A stretch of 64,000 nucleotides of DNA from an uncultured Sulfitobacter sp. (GTDB lineage: Bacteria > Pseudomonadota > Alphaproteobacteria > Rhodobacterales > Rhodobacteraceae): positions 1,233 to 65,232 of the forward strand of contig NZ_CANMQS010000012.1 of NCBI RefSeq assembly GCF_947500075.1, in the 5' to 3' direction. Shown here piece after piece: positions 29,772-36,541 of this stretch. The position numbers and the translations under genes are program-made. The notes below the pieces were generated by a model. It was not told the DNA's origin. It did not search any database and saw nothing but the letters and a program-made list of their open reading frames with translations. Positions within the stretch are counted from its first letter, which is position 1, and each line of letters starts with the position of its first letter.

Positions 29772-30626
29772 CTACAGGCTGGAGAGGTCAGCTTCCCATG
29801 TGTCTGGCAGTCGGCCCAGCCGTTTCTTGACGTCCCTGTAAGCAGGCTCAAACGCCTCAACCAGCGTTTTGCGGTCGTCTGGATCGCATTCACGCATTTT
29901 CGCAGCTTTGCCCTTGGGAACCTTTGGCCCCAGCGCGGGGTCGAGATCCAGAAAGTCGCAAATGCGGTGATGATAGGTTTCCGCCTCTGGCCCATAGAGG
30001 TCTTCGAAGAAGCCCACATAGATGTCCTCGGCTGGAAACGCACTGTCGAGGGAGGACAACGTCCAGTCATATCGCGTGCGCTCGGCGAAGCCGGGTTTGT
30101 GCAACAGGTGCAGCGGACTTTCCACCTCCTGTGGCTTCAGCGTCAGCGGTGTCGCGTGGTGAGAGACCTGTGACAGAAAGCGGTCAACGGGGTTACGCAG
30201 GATAAACAGGATGCGCGGGCGGTCCAAGACCTGCGGGATGCGCGCGATGTCTTCGGCAGACATCGCGGCATAGGCCGGTGTGAACTCGCCGCAAATGGTT
30301 TTACCCGGCGGTGCGTCCATCAGCATTGCGCGGTATTTTGCGGGATCATGGCCAATGTCAAAACGATCAATGATGGAGCGGATTTCGTTCATCTCTGCGG
30401 TGATGTCTTTGTCCTCGGCCACGGCGGCTTCCAGAAACCGATGACGCAGCCGGATGTCGAGCGTTGCGCGCTTGCGCAGGCCACGGTCATTGCCCAGCAG
30501 ATCAAAGAAATGCACTTCCTTGATCGGAGGAATGTAGACATGCGGATGATGGGCCAGATACCCCGCCAAGCGGGTTGTCCCGGCCTTTTGTGCGCCGATG
30601 CCAAGGAATGTGCGAAGCGAAGTCAT
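29772..30626 (-). CDS. sulfotransferase
   Basis: 284 aa. 5-prime-PSB loop GIGAQKAGTTRLAGYL and 3-prime-PB motif ILRNPVDRFLSQ. Confidence 0.8.
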   Translation of the reverse strand: MTSLRTFLGIGAQKAGTTRLAGYLAHHPHVYIPPIKEVHFFDLLGNDRGLRKRATLDIRLRHRFLEAAVAEDKDITAEMNEIRSIIDRFDIGHDPAKYRAMLMDAPPGKTICGEFTPAYAAMSAEDIARIPQVLDRPRILFILRNPVDRFLSQVSHHATPLTLKPQEVESPLHLLHKPGFAERTRYDWTLSSLDSAFPAEDIYVGFFEDLYGPEAETYHHRICDFLDLDPALGPKVPKGKAAKMRECDPDDRKTLVEAFEPAYRDVKKRLGRLPDTWEADLSSL

Positions 30627-30675
30627 AGGGTACTCAGGTTGCCTCGCGCACTATGCGCAGCGGCGCTTGCGGTGT

Positions 30676-31488
30676 TCAACCCTGGTTGGGGAAACTGACT
30701 TCGCAGCGGTGACCCGCGGGCAGGGCAAGGTCCGGATTGGGCATCACCACCTGCACGCCGAAGGTTCCGGAGGCCGCATCAAAGATGCGGTCGATGACTT
30801 TTATGCGCCCCTGAAAGGTGCCCTCAAGAGGGGCGCGCGGCGTGATTTCCACTGTCATATCAAGGTCTAGCTTGGTGAACATCTCAACCGGTAAAAACGC
30901 TTCGACATGCAGTGGATCCAGCTGGGCGATGGTCACGATCTCTGCATCCTGGTCGGTATATTCACCAGTAAAAAGCGCGCGTGACTGCACAACGCCGTCA
31001 ATGGGGCTGGTAATGGTGCGCTGGCTCACAATCTCATTGGCACGTTTCAGCTCAAGCGTGGCGATGCGGTTGCGCATTTCCGCCATTGCAAGCTCTCCGC
31101 CCGCGACATCGACGGAAGCCTTGGCTTCCTCCAGCTCTTCTGCACTGGTGATATTGCGTTCCACCAGCGTGGCGACCCGCTCCATCCGGCTTTCGGCGAG
31201 CGCAAGGCGCGCGCGCTGCACCTCAACGTCCGATTGGCTCGCAGCGCGTTCTTTCATCAGATCCACGGTGGTTTGTTCGATACTGGTATCGAGGCGGGCA
31301 ATCACCTGCCCTTTCTCCACCAGATCGCCCCGCCCGACGTTTACTTCGCTCAGCAGACCGCCAACCGGGGCGGATATATTGACGGTCACCGCCGGTGTGA
31401 TCACGCAATCGAATGTCTGGGCGGTGGCAGAAAAAGCGCCAAACCCAAAGCAGGCAGCAAGAGCGGTTGTACGAAGCAAAGGCATCAT
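30676..31488 (-). CDS. HlyD-family periplasmic adaptor (membrane fusion protein) with signal peptide
   Basis: 270 aa. Signal-like MMPLLRTTALAACFGFGAFSATAQ, a lipoyl-like hairpin (VGGLLSEVNVGRGDLVEKGQVIARLD), a coiled coil and a beta-barrel. Its start overlaps the SecA-like stop (ATGATG/TGA). Confidence 0.85.
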   Translation of the reverse strand: MMPLLRTTALAACFGFGAFSATAQTFDCVITPAVTVNISAPVGGLLSEVNVGRGDLVEKGQVIARLDTSIEQTTVDLMKERAASQSDVEVQRARLALAESRMERVATLVERNITSAEELEEAKASVDVAGGELAMAEMRNRIATLELKRANEIVSQRTITSPIDGVVQSRALFTGEYTDQDAEIVTIAQLDPLHVEAFLPVEMFTKLDLDMTVEITPRAPLEGTFQGRIKVIDRIFDAASGTFGVQVVMPNPDLALPAGHRCEVSFPNQG

Positions 31489-33503
31489 TTTTCAAATCCC
31501 GAGAAGGCAAGGACGCGGTCCAATTGCCGGTCCATCTTGATAAGCTGTCGGCGTGCGCGGGCGTTCAATCCTTCCGCGCGTTTCTGACTGCGGCGGAAGG
31601 CGATCATGGCAAAGGGGCGGCCCAATATGCTGGGCAATTGTGCAAGCTGGCTGATCACCGGTGTCTTGATGGCTGTGACCAGAGGATCATCCAGCGATAG
31701 AATGGTTTCATAGGACCCCGGCTGACCCTGACGGGCCGTGCGCCCGATCAACTGTCGATCGATACGCGCGCTATCATGGCGTTCGGTCAGCATCACATGC
31801 AGACCACCCGCCTTGATTACTTCGTCTGGCACGTGGATATGGACGCCGCGCCCGGCCATATTGGTGGCCACGGTCACACGCCCCGGCTGCCCGGCATCCT
31901 TGATCACCTCCGCTTCCTCATCGGCGTTGACGGCATTCAGCACATCATGCTGAACACCGCGCTTGGTCAGATGGGCGCTGATCTTGTCCGATGCCCCAAC
32001 CGTGCGGGTCCCGATCAAAACAGCCTGCCCATTGCTGCGCAGGGTGTTCACTCTGTCCGCAATCAGATCAAGTTTTGCCTCTTCCTTTCGGGTAATCCGC
32101 GTGCCGAGGTGGCGCATCTTGGTGGGCAAGCGCGTGGGCAGCCGCAGTGTTGGAATGCGGTACACTGCGCAGATCTCACGCTGCACTTCCTGCACAGTGC
32201 CCGACATGCCGGACAGGCGCATGTAGCGGCGAAAGAACTTCTGGTAGGTCGTGCGCGCGATGGCCAGCTTTCGACCCGTCAGCTCAAGGTCCTCCTTGAA
32301 CTCCACCAGCTGGTGCAACCCATCGTTCCAGGACCGTTCCGGCATCAGACGCCCGGTGTATTCATCCACGATCACGATCTTGCCGTCCTGAATGACGTAC
32401 TGATCGCCTTCCTCAAAGAAGGTGCGCGCGGTGATGGCCTGACTTACAGCATGCTCGCGCTGGATCTTGTTGTGCCACAGCGGCTCAAGGGGCTTGCAGA
32501 ACTCCTCCAGCCGGTCCTTGCCAAAATCTGTCAGTTCAATGCGCTTCTCACTGGTGCGTTTCTTGTAGTGCAGATCCTCAAACATCTGATCCGCCAGATC
32601 ATATGTGGTGCGCGCCCATGCCTCCTCCGCAGCAACGTCTGTTTCCTGTGACAGGATCAGTGGCGTGCGGGCTTCGTCGATCAACACGCTGTCGGCTTCA
32701 TCCACCACAGCGAAATGCAGACCCCGCATCACGGGCGCGTCCGTATCATCCCCTTCCATCCGGCGCAGGCGCAGGCGGATGTCCCCTGTGCCCTGCCCGA
32801 TCTTCACCTGATCGCGCAGGTAGTCGAATGCGATCTCCTTGTTGGAGCAATAGACGATGTCGCTCAGATAGGTCTCACGGCGTTCATCGGGCGTATGTTC
32901 GTGGTCAATGCTCCCAACGCTGAGGCCGAGCCAGTCAAAAAGCGGCTTCATCTCCTCCGCGTCGCGTTGCGCAAGGTAGTCATTCACGGTCACAACATGG
33001 GTGGGCAAGCGGGCAAGTCCGGCCACGGCGGCGGTCAGGGCGGCGGCGAGGCTCTTACCCTCCCCCGTTGCCATTTCAACCAGCTTGCCGCTGAGCATCG
33101 TGAGTGCTGCGAACAATTGTTCATCATGGGGGCGCAGGCCCAAAGTGCGGCGGCTGACCTCGCGCACAAGAGACACGGCTTCGCCCAAGGCCGGGCCGCT
33201 GAGTTGCGTGGTGATCAGCCGCGCGCGATTGGCGTCGATGGCCTCCCGCAGGTCCGCGTCGCTCATGGCCTTGATGTTTTCTTCGCGTCTGCACGCGCGG
33301 CGCAGGATCTGTTTCAGCCGCGCGCGGCGCAGCATCCCGATACGTCCTGTAAGGCGCCCGAATATCTGGTGCATCCGATGGTCGATGTCGCTGAGCCGTG
33401 CATCATCGCGGGTCGGATAGGCCCGAAGGGTGAAAGGGCGCGCGAAGCCCGTGGCCGCGCGCGCCCGTCCAAACAAAGGATGGGAGGATGATGCCTCAGG
33501 CAT
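31485..33503 (-). CDS. truncated SecA-like DEAD-motor ATPase (NBD1, preprotein-crosslinking-like insert, NBD2; no wing or C-terminal domains)
   Basis: Start placed at ATG 33503 (MPEASSS), because the ORF-track extension to 33638 lies inside the SapC gene. SecA motifs: EMATGEGKS (33051-33074), VVTVNDYLAQRDAEEM, VVDEADSVLIDEARTPLILS, TVATNMAGRGVHI, GGLHVMLTERHDSARIDRQLIGRTARQG. Confidence 0.85.
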   Translation of the reverse strand: MPEASSSHPLFGRARAATGFARPFTLRAYPTRDDARLSDIDHRMHQIFGRLTGRIGMLRRARLKQILRRACRREENIKAMSDADLREAIDANRARLITTQLSGPALGEAVSLVREVSRRTLGLRPHDEQLFAALTMLSGKLVEMATGEGKSLAAALTAAVAGLARLPTHVVTVNDYLAQRDAEEMKPLFDWLGLSVGSIDHEHTPDERRETYLSDIVYCSNKEIAFDYLRDQVKIGQGTGDIRLRLRRMEGDDTDAPVMRGLHFAVVDEADSVLIDEARTPLILSQETDVAAEEAWARTTYDLADQMFEDLHYKKRTSEKRIELTDFGKDRLEEFCKPLEPLWHNKIQREHAVSQAITARTFFEEGDQYVIQDGKIVIVDEYTGRLMPERSWNDGLHQLVEFKEDLELTGRKLAIARTTYQKFFRRYMRLSGMSGTVQEVQREICAVYRIPTLRLPTRLPTKMRHLGTRITRKEEAKLDLIADRVNTLRSNGQAVLIGTRTVGASDKISAHLTKRGVQHDVLNAVNADEEAEVIKDAGQPGRVTVATNMAGRGVHIHVPDEVIKAGGLHVMLTERHDSARIDRQLIGRTARQGQPGSYETILSLDDPLVTAIKTPVISQLAQLPSILGRPFAMIAFRRSQKRAEGLNARARRQLIKMDRQLDRVLAFSGFEK

Positions 33504-34281
33504 CGCTCTCCGCTGGTGCCTTCTTGCCTTTCTTGGCAGCTGGCTTCTCAGCCTCGGCCGTTTCTTCGTTGGCGCGGTCCGCGACCTGACCGAAGTGGCG
33601 CAGGGAGGCCAGGTGCAGGAAGGTGCACTCCAGCTCATCGGTGGACATCATCGCTGCAAGCGTGTCCTTGTCGATCGCCTTGAGCTTCTCCCGGTCCACA
33701 GTCATGAACCCGGTCAGGGAACGCTGCTCGCCCCCTGGCATGGTGAACTGTGCCTGCATCGGGCGCAGCAGATCCAGTTCAACAAGGCGCTTGCAATAGG
33801 TCGTGCTGCGGTTGAAGCGCGCCTGATAGTCTTGCAGGAACGCGAGCACATTCTTGAGGTACTGGGTCTGGTTGCCATCCGCATCGAACAGACGTTCGCC
33901 ACGGTCATCCGTGTTCACGCCTTCAAAGCTTTCGTCGATGTGCAGCACCAGCTGGTCGCTGTCGGTCTGCTGGCTGAACACGAAGGGATAGCGGCGGATG
34001 AACGCAGGCACATAACGACCGGCCCAGGAGCCATCTGCGTTCACATATGCGTTCTTTTCGCCCGCAACGCCCAGGATCGCTGTCGGGATCACGTTCTCAC
34101 CCTCGCCCGCGAAGACGACGGGATATTCTGCGGCAGCATCTGCAAATTCAGACGCGGTCAGAGGCACGGAATTGACCTTGCTTGCAAAAGCAAAGCTGGT
34201 GCCTGCCTTGACGCAGGTCTTCGCGTGTTTCTTGGAACTGACAGGTGCAGCGTTATCGTAGAAAAGCAGTTGGGTCGCCAT
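33496..34281 (-). CDS. SapC-family protein
   Basis: 261 aa. N-terminal LLFYDNAAPVSSKKH...VPLTASEFADAAAEYPVVFAG and RYVPAFIRRYPF are typical of the family. A strong AGGAGG ribosome-binding site precedes it. Confidence 0.75.
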   Translation of the reverse strand: MATQLLFYDNAAPVSSKKHAKTCVKAGTSFAFASKVNSVPLTASEFADAAAEYPVVFAGEGENVIPTAILGVAGEKNAYVNADGSWAGRYVPAFIRRYPFVFSQQTDSDQLVLHIDESFEGVNTDDRGERLFDADGNQTQYLKNVLAFLQDYQARFNRSTTYCKRLVELDLLRPMQAQFTMPGGEQRSLTGFMTVDREKLKAIDKDTLAAMMSTDELECTFLHLASLRHFGQVADRANEETAEAEKPAAKKGKKAPAESDA

Positions 34282-34389
34282 AATATCCTCCTGTGCGCCC
34301 CCCGGGACGCAATCTTAAATAAATTCCGTACTCCTTTCGGGTATACGGTCGGCCAAATTCTGAGCATGTGTCGGGCCAAAAATCCACAT

Positions 34390-36537
34390 TTATATGTCAA
34401 ACTGCCTCAGAAAGACCTGTCTGGCCCGTCTATACACCCTTTTGGCGAGCGACATGGGTTCATGCGAGAAACGAACCATCGCGCGGTCGCCTATTGTTTC
34501 AAAAGAATGTGGCACACTTAACGCGAGGTCAAGGTGAAGGAATCGCCCAAAGGCCCGCTGACCGTTCGGATCAGAGGGGTCCAGAACAATGCTGCCGCCC
34601 CCTTCGGTTGCCAAGGCAAGGCTCGGCAGGACGGAGTCCAGCGCGGGTACTTCGCGCAGGATTTCCGCTTCAAGTGTCTCGTCGGGATTGGAGACAAAGC
34701 GAATGTCGATCCCGCGCGTTTCCCGGCGCACGATGTCGGTGTCATTTTCCGGTACAACAACCCGGATCACGGGTTCTGAAAAGGTGCTGACATAGCCCAG
34801 CAGCTGACCCTTGGTGACATATTGTCCTTCAAGATCAGTGGCATTGAAGAGTGCGACCCGCCCGTTTTGCTTTGCCGCAACGGTCAGCGCCCGCTGACGG
34901 TCGCGGGCAAGCTCCAGATCAGCCAGTGCGTGCTCCATTTCTTCTTCAGCGATCTTTGCACCTGCGGGATCATCCAGAGACAACGTAATCCGGCGCAACT
35001 GTATCTCTGCCAGCGTCGCTTCCAAAAGCCTGACCCGCGCGTCAAGCAGCGGGTCGTGAAGCTGGACCAGCGGCGTGTCCACGCTCACGTCCGCCCCCTG
35101 GTTCACGGCGACATGCTGCACAATCCCGTCTGTTTCTGCATGAACTGCACCGTCGCCGGGGACCCAGATCACCCCTTCGGACACGGTCGAGTAGGGCAGC
35201 GGCAGGAACACCAGCAGCCCCACAATGACCGAAAGGGTTACACCCAATACGCTCAGTGCCCTGCCCCGGCGTCGCCGCAGACGCGGGCTGGCGAGGAGAA
35301 ACCAGATCTGTTTGACCAGCGGCACCACGAACATCAGCACCACGGACCAGACAGCCAGCAGGATACCGAGCGAGAAGAACTTGGCCGACACCAGCAGGAT
35401 GATCGCAAAGGTGATGAACAGCCGATAGATGAATGCGGCGATGGAGTAGAAGAAGAACCAGACGGCCTCCCCTTTCGCGGTGGCGGGGTTCTTGGCGTCC
35501 TTGATGCCCAGAATGTAGCGCTGGATCAGGTAGCCGATGTATTCATTTGACCTGCGGCCGAGGTTCGGGATCTCAATGATGTCGCTCAGGACATAGTACC
35601 CGTCAAAGCGCAGCAACGGGTTGCCGTTGAACAGCAACGTCGACACGCCAGAGATCAGCATCACGTTGAAGGCAAAGGCGCTGACCAACCCTCCTTCGAC
35701 ATTCACCCAGACGATCATCGCAATCGCAGCCAGCGCAACTTCGACCAGAATGCCTGCACTCGCCACCAACGCCCTGAGCCATTTGTTGGGAAACGACAGG
35801 CTGTCGGAGGCGTCGACATAGGGCACGGGCATGAAGACAAGGAACATGATCCCGATTTCATGTACCTCCCCACCCCACCGGGTGATGGTATAGGCATGGC
35901 CAAGTTCATGTATTGCCTTGACCAGTGGATAGCAGATCAGCAGCAGGATGATGCTCTCGGTCGAAAGCACGCGGTCAATCAGGTTGTCGGTCAGGCCGTC
36001 CCAATTCAGCACGGCCAGCGTGGCTCCATAGCCAATCAGACACAGGTACAAAATGACCCCGACAATGGAGAAGAACGGCCGGACCAGCGGTTCGGTGATC
36101 TTCAAAAAGCCGTCGGGATCAATCAAGGGCACCCGCAAGGCGAGCGGGTTGAGGACGGATGTCACGCGCTTCTTGAACCGGCTGCTTTCGCCGCGGGTCA
36201 CCATTTCCTCGATATCCGGGATGCTGTCGCTTTGCAGGATGTCAGAGCTGTGCAACTGGCCCAGCAGGCGGATGATCTCATCCTGCGACAGGCTGTCGTC
36301 GGTCATCTGGGCAGAGACGATCTGCCAGATATCTTCCATCGAATGCTCGCCATCCAGCAGGGACACAACGAAATAGGCACCGGGTGTGAAACGATGGAAG
36401 CGACCGGATGTTCGGTCTTGCAGCACGTACCACAGCTTGCCCCGATAGTGGCTGCGGAAGATACGTGCCTGCGCGCGCAGCTTTGGTTTCAGCGGGGCAA
36501 CCCGGTACCAGGAGGCGGAGTAGAAACTGCCTGCCAT
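34390..36537 (-). CDS. fusion protein: PqqD/RRE-like N-domain, M50 (site-2 protease/YydH-like) polytopic metalloprotease, C-terminal HlyD-like adaptor module
   Basis: 715 aa. HELGH at 35896-35910, with several TM segments before and after it. The C-terminal 270 aa have a lipoyl-like hairpin, a coiled coil (LLEATLAEIQLRR...LADLELARDRQ) and a beta-barrel pattern. Confidence 0.8.
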   Translation of the reverse strand: MAGSFYSASWYRVAPLKPKLRAQARIFRSHYRGKLWYVLQDRTSGRFHRFTPGAYFVVSLLDGEHSMEDIWQIVSAQMTDDSLSQDEIIRLLGQLHSSDILQSDSIPDIEEMVTRGESSRFKKRVTSVLNPLALRVPLIDPDGFLKITEPLVRPFFSIVGVILYLCLIGYGATLAVLNWDGLTDNLIDRVLSTESIILLLICYPLVKAIHELGHAYTITRWGGEVHEIGIMFLVFMPVPYVDASDSLSFPNKWLRALVASAGILVEVALAAIAMIVWVNVEGGLVSAFAFNVMLISGVSTLLFNGNPLLRFDGYYVLSDIIEIPNLGRRSNEYIGYLIQRYILGIKDAKNPATAKGEAVWFFFYSIAAFIYRLFITFAIILLVSAKFFSLGILLAVWSVVLMFVVPLVKQIWFLLASPRLRRRRGRALSVLGVTLSVIVGLLVFLPLPYSTVSEGVIWVPGDGAVHAETDGIVQHVAVNQGADVSVDTPLVQLHDPLLDARVRLLEATLAEIQLRRITLSLDDPAGAKIAEEEMEHALADLELARDRQRALTVAAKQNGRVALFNATDLEGQYVTKGQLLGYVSTFSEPVIRVVVPENDTDIVRRETRGIDIRFVSNPDETLEAEILREVPALDSVLPSLALATEGGGSIVLDPSDPNGQRAFGRFLHLDLALSVPHSFETIGDRAMVRFSHEPMSLAKRVYRRARQVFLRQFDI

Positions 36538-36541
36538 GACC

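Noticed and set aside
33504-33638. N-terminal 45-codon extension of the SecA-like ORF
   Set aside because: It lies entirely inside the SapC coding sequence and its translation is Arg/Pro/Ser-rich. The ATG at 33503 gives the usual short overlap with the upstream gene.
33430-34521. 363-aa plus-strand ORF
   Set aside because: It spans the SapC gene and parts of two neighbours on the opposite strand. Its translation has no recognisable features, whereas the minus-strand genes are well supported.
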